A stretch of 64,000 nt of DNA from Candidatus Multivoradales bacterium. Lineage in GTDB: Bacteria; Acidobacteriota; Thermoanaerobaculia; Multivoradales; J023. Location of the stretch: the NCBI GenBank assembly GCA_965248925.1, contig CBDFLE010000006.1, positions 544,001 through 608,000 of the forward strand, given 5' to 3'. Shown in pieces: positions 38,095 through 47,812 of the stretch. A program made the position numbers and the translations under genes. The stretch's first letter is position 1. Each line of letters starts with the position of its first letter. Under the pieces are notes generated by a model. The model did no database searches. It saw only the letters and a list, made by a program, of their open reading frames with translations, and was not told where the DNA came from.

Positions 38095-39464
38095 ATGATG
38101 GACTCGAGCACGGCACGTTTTCGACTGCGCGGCACGATCGCTGAACAACGGCATTGGTTTGATCTGGCTCCAGGTCAGAATCGCGTCGGCAGCGAGTCAG
38201 ACAACGAAATCCAGCTCGCCGAAGCTGGCGTCTCCCGCCACCACGCCTTGCTGATCGTCGGCGCCCGCGGCCTGCGGGTCGAGGATTTACAGAGCAAGAA
38301 CGGCACCGGTCATGGGGCGATTTCGACTACTGTTCTCCACCAAGGCGCGGATCGGGTGGCACTGCGGGTTTGGCACTGCGGGTTTGGGGGGATTTTGCCC
38401 AACGTCAGCGGGCGGCGGTGCTGTTTCGCATCTTGGTGCAGCTGATCGCCCGCTACCGTCGACCCACCCTGTCGCGGCAATCGCCCGAGGTGCCGACTCC
38501 CTCCGGCCTGCGCTTGCCGCGGGGCTACGTAGCCGGCAGCTCGAAGGAGACCTCGACCCTGCACCAGCTCCTCGTCACCTTGGCTCAAGGCGACTTGCCA
38601 GTGTTGGTGGTTGGCGAGACTGGCACCGGCAAGGAGTATGTCGCCCACATTCTCCATGCCTCGAGTCCGCGCCGCGACGGCCCCTTCGTGGCCCTGAATT
38701 GCGCCGCCATGCCGACCGAGCTGTTGGAGGCCGAACTCTTCGGTATCGCCAAGGGAGTCGCCACCGGAGTTAGCGCCCGGCAGGGACAATTCCAGCAGGC
38801 CGCCGGCGGCACCCTATTTCTCGATGAGATCGGCGAGCTGCCCCTGAGCTTGCAGCCGAAGCTGCTGCGGGTGTTGCAAGAAAAGGTGGTGCAACCGGTC
38901 GGCGGCTCGCCGAGACCGCTCGAAGTTCGCCTCTTGGCAGCAACCAACCAGGCGCTCGACCAGCATATTCACGCGGGCAAGTTCCGCGCCGATCTCTATT
39001 ACAGACTAGCCGGTGCTCTCATTCAAGTGCCGGCGCTGCGCCAACGCCGCGAGGATGTAGCCGCCCTGGTGGAGCACTTTCTGCGGCGCACCTGCGAGCA
39101 GCTACACAAGCCGATTCGCGGCCTCTCGGTGCGCGCCCTAGAGGTGCTGGCGGCCCAGTCCTGGCCAGGCAATGTGCGCCAGCTCGAAAACGAGGTGCAG
39201 CGCCTGGTCTACACTTGCCCGGCTGGTGGGGTGATCGAGTCGTCGATGATCGCTCCAGCTGTCCTCAACAGCGACCAGCGGGCCGGACGGCTACCGGAAA
39301 TGGTGCGACAGATCAGTGAATTACGCTGGGAGCGGATTGAGCGGGCGGTGGTCGAGGAAGCCCTGCGCCGCACCCGTGGCAACCAGGTCCAGGCCGGCAA
39401 GCTGCTCGGCATCTCGCGCACCGCCGTCCGCCGCCACTTGGCCCGGTGGTCGGACGAAGAATGA
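38095..39464 (+). pseudogene. FHA + sigma54-type AAA+ activator (Fis HTH), frameshifted
   Basis: FHA motifs VG..., VSRHHA, DLQSKNGT; AAA+ motifs GETGTGKE, LFLDEIGE, FRADLYYRL, WPGNVRQL; frame broken by a 14-bp duplication. Confidence 0.85.
38357..38384 (+). repeat. 14-bp tandem duplication that causes the frameshift
   Basis: TGGCACTGCGGGTT x2. Confidence 0.92.
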
Positions 39465-39479
39465 GGTAGACAGATATTA

Positions 39480-39505
39480 ACTACTGCACGCAAGCGTGCA
39501 GTAGT
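39480..39505. promoter_or_regulatory. Perfect 12-bp inverted repeat (terminator or protein-binding site)
   Basis: ACTACTGCACGC-AA-GCGTGCAGTAGT. Confidence 0.6.
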
Positions 39506-39620
39506 GCACGTAAACGAGCGGTTCGAAGATCAAAAACGACCTTTCGTCCCACGCGGACGACCTCCCGCAGGTCCTCTCGATCTCTACAATCGAAGTCACC
39601 GAGGAGCATTGTCCGCGTCC

Positions 39621-41869
39621 ATGCCTGAGAATCCCGCTCTACCGCGCGTCATCGACCCAGCCACCGTGACCTTGGCGGCGGCGAACTCGCCTCGACACGT
39701 GGTCGATCGAGAGAACTTTAGCCGCGGCGACACCATCGGCCGCTATGTGGTGTTAGACGCGGCGGGCAGCGGTGGCATGGGGGTGGTCTATGCCGCCTTC
39801 GACCCCGAGCTCGACCGCAAGGTTGCCATCAAGCTGCTGCGCCGCGGTACCTCCAAGGCCCAAGGAACAGCTGTTGCGCGAAGCCCAAGCGCTGGCCCGC
39901 CTTGACCACCCCAACGTGCTCACTGTCCATGACGTCGGCTTGGTCGATGGCCGGGTCTTCCTGGCCACCCTGGCCATAGCGCTGGCAGCTGCCGCTGGCT
40001 GGGGCTATCAGCGCTCCCATGCCACTCGCCAGGCCCTCTGCGGCGGCGGCAAAGCCAAGATCGCCGAACTGTGAAACCCGGCTCGAATCAGCTCCCTCGA
40101 AGCAGCCTTCAGCGCCGCCGATGAGCCCTTTGCCGAGGATGTCTGGAATACCACCCGCGGCACCCTGAGCGGCTGGAGTCAGGAGTGGGCCGCGGCGCAC
40201 CGAGAAGCTTGCGCGGCCACCACTCTGCGCGGCGAGCAATCGACGGCGTTACTGGATCGGCGGATGGCCTGCCTCAACCAGCGGCTGCACGAGTTAGGCA
40301 CCTTAGTCAAGCTGCTAGAACAACCGAATCCAGCGCTGATCAGCCGCGCCGCCGATGCTGCCTCAGGGCTCTCACCGATAGAAAACTGTGCCCAAACCGA
40401 ATCCCTGCCGCTACCGCCGAACGGCAAGTCCGACGATCTCGAAGCCCTCGGCCTGCGCCTGGCCTCAGCTCGCGTCCACATTCTGCTCGGCACCTATGAA
40501 GCGGGTGCCGAACAAGCTCAACAGTTGGTCGCGGAGGCTCGCGAGCTCGGCTACCGTCCCGTGATCGCCGATACCCTCCTGCTTCCTAGCACAGCTGCAA
40601 ATGGTGCTCTTCCAGCATGACCAGGCTGCCACGAGCCTCGATCTGGCGCTCGCCGCAGCTGCCGCCGGCCACCATTTGAAGGCTACCGCCAGGATCTTTG
40701 TCGAACGCATTCAACTGGCGGCCAGTACTGGCGACCTCGAGCGCGGACTGCGGGTGGTGGCGGATGCCGAAGCGTTGATCGCCAGCTTGGCCGAGCCCGG
40801 GCCGCTGATTCTGGAGCTGGCCAAAAGCCGCACCCTCCTATGGCGCGAGACCGGCGACTTCGAACGCGCTCTCGAAGCCGCCAACCAGTCCCTGGAGTTG
40901 GCCCGCGACCAGCACGGTGAAAACAGCCTCGATGGCGCTTGGCTCCGCACCCTCATCGGCGACCTGGAGAGCGCCCGTGGTCACCTGACGATCGCCCGCG
41001 AGCAGCAGCAGGCGGCGCTCGCCATCACCGAAGCCAGGCTCGGCCCCTACCACCCCAACGTAGCTCTGGCCCTCGACCGCATCGGTCAGGTGGCCAGCCA
41101 AGCCGGTGACTTTGCAACCGCCTTAGAATCCCATCAGCGAGCACTGGAGATTCGGCAGACAAGCTCAGCCGACAACGACACGGTAGAGATCGCGGCTTCC
41201 CTACTGCACGTCGGCGCCGCCGAAAGCGGCCTTGGTCACCATCAACTAGCCCACCAACATCTAGCACGGGCTGGGAAGATATTCGAGCAGGCCCTCGGCG
41301 CCGAGCATCCCTACGTCGCGGTGGCCCTGATCAATACTGCCATCACTCTGGTCGAACTCGGCCGTGAGCGGGAGAGCGTCGAACTCTGCCGGCGAGCGAT
41401 GGCGATCCGCGAAAAGGTCTATAGCGGCGATCACCCGAAGGTGGCCAAGGTCGCCTATAACTTGGGCCTAGCACTGCGCAAGAGCGGCGCCCCAGCCGCG
41501 GCTTTGCCCGAACTCCGCCGAGCGCTGAGCATCTGGGAGCAAAATCTGGCGCCAGACCATCGCGTGCGCGGCGCCGCTCTGACCGCCATTGGCGAGACTC
41601 TGCTCGATCTGGAGCGACCGCTGGAGGCCCGGCCCCTGCTCGAGCAGGGGCTCGCAATCTCCACCGCCGCCGAGACCAGCCCCGACCTCCTGGGCATCGG
41701 TCAATTCGCCCTTGCTCGAGTCCTCGACGCTCTGGATCGCCAGCCCTCCAGATCCCTGGAACTAGCTCACCAAGCACGGCAGCAGTTTCTCCGCGTCGCC
41801 GGCATCAGCCGCCGCGAGCTGGCGGCAGTAGACCGCTGGTTGGCCAGCCACCAACCCGCCGGCGACTAG
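39621..41869 (+). pseudogene. Ser/Thr protein kinase with TPR C-terminus, disrupted
   Basis: GSGGMGVVYAAFDPELDRKVAIK, REAQALARLDHPNV; HRD/DFG core absent; frameshifts near 39860 and 40586; in-frame TGA at 40072; TPR repeats (LGPYHPNVA, LGAEHPYVA). Confidence 0.88.
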
Positions 41870-41870
41870 G

Positions 41871-41887
41871 TTGGCACCCATCGTGCC
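41871..41887 (+). promoter_or_regulatory. Sigma54 (-24/-12) promoter
   Basis: TTGGCACCCATCGTGCC: GG at 41873-74, N10, GC at 41885-86; 56 bp upstream of the next ATG. Confidence 0.7.
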
Positions 41888-41942
41888 TTAAATCCTCTGC
41901 AGAGAGAGAGACCATGTTCATTGAACGAACTAGAAAGGCAAC

Positions 41943-43085
41943 ATGATCCGACACATCACTAGACTCTTCCTACTGACCTTCATCTTGACCATTACGCCTC
42001 TGGCAGCCAACGAAGACTTCTTCCAAACCGTGACCGGAGTCAAGGTTACCTTCACCGAGACCGAGCTGCTGGCCAACGACGGATTTTCCTCCTTCCTCGG
42101 CTTCATCGGTACCCCCGCTCACGGCACCTTGTCTCTCGCTAGCGGCATCTGGACCTACCAACCAAATTCCACCTGCTACGGCTGGGAGGAGCTGTCCTAC
42201 AGCACACCGAGAAAGGTGGAAAAAGTCTGGATTAGGATCAGTCCCCTAGTCGTACCGCTCGCTGGCGATTGGAACAACGACGGCTCGGGACAGCTCGGCT
42301 TTTACAACTCCTACTACGGCGTCTTTTATCGCTGCGACACCGTGTTGACAACAGGAGCCACCTACAGCCTCAGCTGTACCAGCCTACAGTGGCCGGGTAC
42401 CGGTATCGGTTGGATACCCTTGGCCGGCGATTGGGATGGCGATGGCGACGACGAGTTCGGCGTTTGGGACCCGGCCAGCCGTACCTTCTACCAACTAGAG
42501 GACGGCTTCGGAACCGCAAATCCGCACTTGCCGCTGCAAGTCGAACTCTCCTTCAATTTTGGTAGCTCGCGGGCGACGCCCATAGCTGGCGATTGGGAAA
42601 CCGGCGTCGGCGCTGATGACCAGGATACGGTCGGCATGTTCGAGCCCCAGCAGGGCAACTTCTATCTGCCTGCTCAACATCCGGTCATCACCGAACCGCT
42701 ACCCTTCTCTTTCACCGCTGTCGGGGCGACCCTCGCTTGGTCTATCCCTTGCACTGGATCGGGAGTCGGCCACGACAGCGTGGCGGTCTTCGATCCTGGC
42801 AACCTTGAGATGATCGGCCGCGGCGACGCTGGCCAAGCCGGGTCCGTCGCCACCTACCCTAACGAAGCCGGCTCCGCGGGGGCTCTTGTGTTGAGAAATG
42901 CGCCCCTGGCAGCGAACCAGCTGCTGTGGTACAACCGTGCGCTGCACAAGGTTCAACTCGGGGGCAATGGCGCTGCATTGTCCTTCAACTGTGCCAGCCC
43001 GCCAACCACCGCCAGTGGCGGCTCTGGCGGCGGTCTACTCGCCAACCTGGCGCCACCACCGGCTAGCCCGCCGCCGAACTCCTAG
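41943..43085 (+). CDS. Secreted protein with an Ig/cadherin-like domain and FG-GAP/VCBS-like repeats
   Basis: Signal peptide; TPAHGTLSL..WTYQP; PLAGDWNNDG, PLAGDWDGDG, PIAGDWE. Confidence 0.75.
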   Translation: MIRHITRLFLLTFILTITPLAANEDFFQTVTGVKVTFTETELLANDGFSSFLGFIGTPAHGTLSLASGIWTYQPNSTCYGWEELSYSTPRKVEKVWIRISPLVVPLAGDWNNDGSGQLGFYNSYYGVFYRCDTVLTTGATYSLSCTSLQWPGTGIGWIPLAGDWDGDGDDEFGVWDPASRTFYQLEDGFGTANPHLPLQVELSFNFGSSRATPIAGDWETGVGADDQDTVGMFEPQQGNFYLPAQHPVITEPLPFSFTAVGATLAWSIPCTGSGVGHDSVAVFDPGNLEMIGRGDAGQAGSVATYPNEAGSAGALVLRNAPLAANQLLWYNRALHKVQLGGNGAALSFNCASPPTTASGGSGGGLLANLAPPPASPPPNS

Positions 43086-43137
43086 ACCCGATCCTGCAAC
43101 CGGACCCAAGCCCACTTGGGTCCGCTCTTTCCCGTGA

Positions 43138-44223
43138 TCAAGACCGCTGCGTCCGCTGACGCAACATGTGGTCGGCCAGCACCAGCGCCACCATCGCTTC
43201 GCCCATCGGCACAAAGCGCGGCAGCAAGCAGGGATCGTGACGACCCTTGACCGTCAGCGTGGTGGCTTGGCCCTCGCGGGTCACGGTGTCCTGCTGGCGC
43301 GGGATCGAGCTGGTGGGTTTGAGGGCGGTGCGCAGGATGATCGGCAGACCGGAGGAGATGCCGCCGAGCATTCCGCCGTGGCGATTTGAGGAGGTGGTGA
43401 TGCCCGCCTCACCCGGCACGAAGGGGTCGTTGTTCTTGCTACCACGAGCCTTGGCGACCGCGAAACCAGCGCCGTATTCCACTCCCAAGACCGCTGGCAG
43501 GCTGAAGAGTGCCTTGCCCAGGTCGGCCTTGAGCTTGTCAAACACCGGCTCGCCCCAGCCCGCCGGCACGCCGCTGGCGACGATCTCAGCCACTCCGCCG
43601 ATCGAATCACGCTCGCCGCGCAGCCTCTCGATGAGCTCGATCATGCGCTTGGCAGCGTCCACGTCCGGGCAGCGAACAACACTAGCCTCGACCTGCTCCA
43701 AAGTCACCGCCGCAGGCTCGGGCACCGTGGCGACGATCTCGCCGACTTGTTTGACGTAGCCCACCACCCGGATACCGTGAGCAGCGGCCAGGAGTTTCTT
43801 GGCCACCGCTCCAGCCGCCACCCGCACCGAGGTCTCGCGCGCGCTGGCGCGGCCACCGCCACGATAGTCGCGAAAGCCGTACTTGGCGTCGAAGGTGAAG
43901 TCGGCATGGCCGGGGCGGTATTTGTCGCGGATCTCGGCATAGTCGCGCGGTCGCTGGTCGGTATTCTCGATCAGGATGGCGATTGAAGTGCCGGTGGTGC
44001 GACCTTCAAACACTCCCGAGAGTATCCGCGGCTGGTCGGCCTCTTGACGCTGGGTGGTGATCTGCGACTGGCCCGGACGGCGACGCGCAAGATCGGGAAG
44101 CAAATCTTCTTCCGCCAACTCCAGTCCCGCCGGTACGCCATCGATAATCACCACATTGCCGGGACCGTGGCTTTCGCCCGCGGTGGTGATCCGCAGTAGC
44201 CGCCCGAAACTGTTGCCTGCCAT
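43138..44223 (-). CDS. aroC: Chorismate synthase
   Basis: GESHG, RPGHAD, GGGRASARET, GRHDPC. Confidence 0.97.
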   Translation of the reverse strand: MAGNSFGRLLRITTAGESHGPGNVVIIDGVPAGLELAEEDLLPDLARRRPGQSQITTQRQEADQPRILSGVFEGRTTGTSIAILIENTDQRPRDYAEIRDKYRPGHADFTFDAKYGFRDYRGGGRASARETSVRVAAGAVAKKLLAAAHGIRVVGYVKQVGEIVATVPEPAAVTLEQVEASVVRCPDVDAAKRMIELIERLRGERDSIGGVAEIVASGVPAGWGEPVFDKLKADLGKALFSLPAVLGVEYGAGFAVAKARGSKNNDPFVPGEAGITTSSNRHGGMLGGISSGLPIILRTALKPTSSIPRQQDTVTREGQATTLTVKGRHDPCLLPRFVPMGEAMVALVLADHMLRQRTQRS

Positions 44224-44462
44224 GGCGAAGAATCTACCAGAGAGCCGAGCGGTGAGAGCGACGGTCGAACTTGGAATATCACCGCCGCGGGCACCGTTAC
44301 AATTGTTGAGCAGACAAGTAGCTTCTGCACCAGCTTCTGGACTATCGACTTCACACCGCCCGAATCGTCTACTTCGCGAGCCGCTTGCTAGCCGCTTCCG
44401 CTCCTCGGCTCGACCGGCCTCAATTTCGTGTGGCGCACCGCGCCGCTCAAGGAGAATTACCG

Positions 44463-45359
44463 ATGAGCAGCGCCCCACCAGCGAAGAGACGCCCGGAAAC
44501 CACGGTTCACACCTTGCAGGACAAGCGCGACCAGGGACTGCCGATCACCATGGTGACGGCCTACGATTTCCCTTCTGCTCGCACCGCCGATGGCGCCGGC
44601 ATCGACGCCATTCTGGTGGGCGACAGCCTGGCCATGGTGGTACTCGGCCATGACTCCACCCTACCGGTGACCATGGACGAGATGCTGCACCACGCTAAAG
44701 CGGTGCGCCGCGGTGCGGAGCGAGCCCTGTTGATCGGCGATCTACCGTTTATGAGTTACCAGGTCAGTGCCGAGCAAGCAGTGCGCAATGCCGGCCGCTA
44801 CCTGCAGGAGGCCGGCATGAGCGCAGTCAAGCTCGAGGGTGGCCGTCACATGGCCGCGACGGTGCGGCGAATCGTCGACTGTGGCATCCCGGTACAGGGA
44901 CACATCGGCCTGACGCCGCAGAGCTTGCGGGCGATGGGCGGCTACAAAGTCCAGGGGCGCGACCACCGAGCCGCTCGGCGGTTGCTCGACGATGCACGGG
45001 CACTCGAACAAGCAGGCTGTTTCTCGTTGGTTCTCGAAGGGGTGCCGCAACGTCTGGCCAGCCATATCACCGCCAGCCTGAACATTCCGACGATCGGCAT
45101 CGGAGCGGGACCCGGAACCTCGGGCCAGGTGCTGGTTTTTCACGACTTGCTGGGGCTCGAAGATCGCTTCCGGCCACGTTTCGTCAAGCGCTGGGCAAAC
45201 TTGGCGACGGATGTCCACCAAGCCCTCAGCGCTTTTCGCCACGAGGTCGAAAACGGCACCTTCCCGGCCGGCGAGCACAGCTACTCGATGGCCGACGAAG
45301 AGTGGCGCGCCTTCCTCGACGACGCCTCCCCGACACCGCTCAAGGCGGTCGAGGGTTGA
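44463..45359 (+). CDS. panB: 3-methyl-2-oxobutanoate hydroxymethyltransferase
   Basis: TAYD, LVGDSL, VKLEGG, HIGLTPQ. Confidence 0.97.
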   Translation: MSSAPPAKRRPETTVHTLQDKRDQGLPITMVTAYDFPSARTADGAGIDAILVGDSLAMVVLGHDSTLPVTMDEMLHHAKAVRRGAERALLIGDLPFMSYQVSAEQAVRNAGRYLQEAGMSAVKLEGGRHMAATVRRIVDCGIPVQGHIGLTPQSLRAMGGYKVQGRDHRAARRLLDDARALEQAGCFSLVLEGVPQRLASHITASLNIPTIGIGAGPGTSGQVLVFHDLLGLEDRFRPRFVKRWANLATDVHQALSAFRHEVENGTFPAGEHSYSMADEEWRAFLDDASPTPLKAVEG

Positions 45360-45367
45360 GTCCGGAG

Positions 45368-46342
45368 ATGGGTCAACCGGCCAAGATCGCGGTGCTGGGA
45401 ACCGGCGCCCTGGGCACTCTGCTGGCTGCGCGCCTGGCTCGCGCCGGCCATGCAGTGACCTTCAGTGGCACTTGGCCAGCAGCACTGCAAACCGCCGCCA
45501 GCGACGGTCTGGGGGTCGTCGAGGCCGATGATCGCAGCTGGCAGACCGCGGTCGAGACCTGCCACCGCCGCGACCTACAAGGCGGCTATTCACTGGTGCT
45601 GGTGCTTACCAAGAGCTTTTCAACCGAAGATTGCGCCCCCGCCGCGGCCCGAGGGCGGGCGCCTGGTGGCTTGATTCTCAGCTTGCAGAATGGCCTGGAT
45701 AACCTAGAAATCTTGAGCGCCATCGCCGGCAGCGGGTCAGTAGCAGGCGGCACCACGGATTGCGCCGCCACACTGCTCGGACCGGCTCATGTCCGCGCCG
45801 CTGGTGGCGGCCGGGTAGTTCTCGGCACCCTGCCGGGCGGTGCTACCCAACCGCAGCTAGATGCCACCGCCGAGCTGCTGGCTAGCGCCGGCCTGAAGGT
45901 CAGCCAAGAAGACGATCTCGAAGCGGCCCGCTGGACCAAGCTGGCGATCAACTGCGCCATCAATCCCCTCGCCGCCCTCGGCCGATCGACCAATGGTGAG
46001 TTAGTGCGGTCCGCGCCGCGGCGTGAGCTGCTCGCCGCGATCGCCGAAGAGACCGGCCGTATCGGTCGTCGTATCGGCTTCGATCTGCCGCACGATCTCG
46101 GCCAACGCACCGTCGATTGCGCCCAACGAACCGCCAGCAACCACTGCTCCATGTTGCAAGACATCGAGCGCGGCCGACCGACCGAGATCGACGCCATTTG
46201 CGGCGCCGTGGTCACCCAAGCCTACCGGCTCAAGATGACGGCGCCGCTGAACAAATACCTGGCCGGAGCGGTGACCGAACTGACCCGCCACCCGACCCTA
46301 CCAATCGTCGACCTCGACCAACTCGCCGGAGCCCTGCTGTGA
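45368..46342 (+). CDS. panE: 2-dehydropantoate 2-reductase
   Basis: GTGALG, LQNGL, WTKLAINCAINPL, SMLQD..GRPTEIDAICG. Confidence 0.93.
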   Translation: MGQPAKIAVLGTGALGTLLAARLARAGHAVTFSGTWPAALQTAASDGLGVVEADDRSWQTAVETCHRRDLQGGYSLVLVLTKSFSTEDCAPAAARGRAPGGLILSLQNGLDNLEILSAIAGSGSVAGGTTDCAATLLGPAHVRAAGGGRVVLGTLPGGATQPQLDATAELLASAGLKVSQEDDLEAARWTKLAINCAINPLAALGRSTNGELVRSAPRRELLAAIAEETGRIGRRIGFDLPHDLGQRTVDCAQRTASNHCSMLQDIERGRPTEIDAICGAVVTQAYRLKMTAPLNKYLAGAVTELTRHPTLPIVDLDQLAGALL

Positions 46343-47214
46343 CCGAGCTGCGCTTGGCTCGCAGGGTGGCGGAAGCCCGAGCATGGCGCCGCGCCGCCAC
46401 CGGCTCGGTCGGCCTGGTACCGACCATGGGCTATTTGCACGAGGGCCATCTGGAGCTGATTCGCCAGGCAGCCCGGAGCTGCGAGCAAGTGACGGTCAGC
46501 CTGTTCGTCAACCCGGCGCAGTTTGATCGCACCGAAGACCTCGACCAATACCCGCGCGCCTTGAAGCGCGACCTCGACCTGCTGCGTCGCGCCGGGGTCG
46601 CATTGGCCTTCGTTCCCGAACCCTCTGAGCTTTATCCGCCAGGCTTCGACACTTGGGTCGAGCCCGGCCGAGTGGCCGCGGAGCAGGAAGGCCGGCACCG
46701 CCCTGGACACTTCCGCGGCGTCGCCACCGTGGTGCTCAAGCTGCTCGGCGTCCTCGCGCCGCAGCGTGCTTACTTCGGCCGCAAAGACGCCCAACAGCTG
46801 GCGGTGATCCGCGCTCTAGTGCGCGATTTCGACATCGACTGCGAGATTGTGCCGGTGGCCACCGTACGCGAGACCGATGGCCTGGCGATGTCGAGCCGCA
46901 ATGCCCGCCTGGCCCCTGCCGAGCGCGCGGCGGCCGTGGTGATCTACCGTGCCCTCAACCAAGCCCACCAAGCCTGGCAAGCCGGTGAAGGCGACGCCGA
47001 GGCCCTGCGCCAGGTGGTTCGCCAAACTGTAGCTAGCGAGCCTTTGGCAGAACTCGAATACGTCAGCATCGCCGATCCCGACACCATGAGCGAACTCAGC
47101 AGCACTGACCGACCGGCCCTGGTTTCCCTTGCCGCACTGGTCGGGCCGGTGCGATTGATCGACAACATCCTCCTCGACGAGAGATCGGCGAGCAGCACCA
47201 ACTCAGGACTCTAG
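46339..47214 (+). CDS. panC: Pantoate-beta-alanine ligase
   Basis: [39 protein letters not shown]; GTGA overlap with panE. Confidence 0.96.
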   Translation: MTELRLARRVAEARAWRRAATGSVGLVPTMGYLHEGHLELIRQAARSCEQVTVSLFVNPAQFDRTEDLDQYPRALKRDLDLLRRAGVALAFVPEPSELYPPGFDTWVEPGRVAAEQEGRHRPGHFRGVATVVLKLLGVLAPQRAYFGRKDAQQLAVIRALVRDFDIDCEIVPVATVRETDGLAMSSRNARLAPAERAAAVVIYRALNQAHQAWQAGEGDAEALRQVVRQTVASEPLAELEYVSIADPDTMSELSSTDRPALVSLAALVGPVRLIDNILLDERSASSTNSGL

Positions 47215-47228
47215 GAGCCCTTCCCGAT

Positions 47229-47621
47229 ATGCAACGCACCCTCCTGCACAGCAAGATCCACCGCGCCCGAGTCACCGGCGCGGACCGCGAATACGTCGGT
47301 AGCATCTCCCTCGACCAGGAACTCATGGAGGCTGCCGGCATCCTGCCCCACGAACGGGTGCAGGTGGTCGACGTGACCAACGGCTCGCGGCTCGAAACCT
47401 ACGCCATCCCGGCCCCGGCGGGCTCCGGCATGGTGCAACTCAACGGTGCCGCGGCGCATCTGGTCGAAGTCGACGATCTGGTGATCGTGATGAGCTACGC
47501 CACCATGGACGAGGCCGAGGCGCGGACCTTCCAACCTACTGTTGTACACGTCGACGAGCGCAACCGGCCGACAGAGGTGCTCCGGTACGTGCAGCTCAGC
47601 GCGACAGCAGCCGCTGTCTGA
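47229..47621 (+). CDS. panD: Aspartate 1-decarboxylase
   Basis: [14 protein letters not shown] cleavage site, RLETY, NGAAAHL. Confidence 0.97.
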   Translation: MQRTLLHSKIHRARVTGADREYVGSISLDQELMEAAGILPHERVQVVDVTNGSRLETYAIPAPAGSGMVQLNGAAAHLVEVDDLVIVMSYATMDEAEARTFQPTVVHVDERNRPTEVLRYVQLSATAAAV

Positions 47622-47706
47622 AGCCCCACAGGATCCCGGTTCTCGCATCCACCGCCGTATACCTACAACTTGCGTGCTGCTCAGAACTACGGATTCCGAA
47701 CACAGA

Positions 47707-47751
47707 AAAGCGGACGGTCAAAGGCCCCGCATAGGAGCGACCGTCCGCTTT
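47707..47751. terminator. Putative terminator between convergent genes
   Basis: AAAGCGGACGGTC ... GACCGTCCGCTTT, 13-bp stem with 19-nt loop. Confidence 0.6.
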
Positions 47752-47812
47752 CAAGCCTCGGCAACCAGCTCAGAGCTGCTCGCCGCCGCAGGCCACCTTG
47801 GCAAAGCCCCTT

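Noticed and set aside
40072-40074. TGA recoding (Trp or selenocysteine) in the kinase gene
   Set aside because: TGA ends many intact genes in this window and the same gene has other lesions, so a nonsense mutation is simpler.
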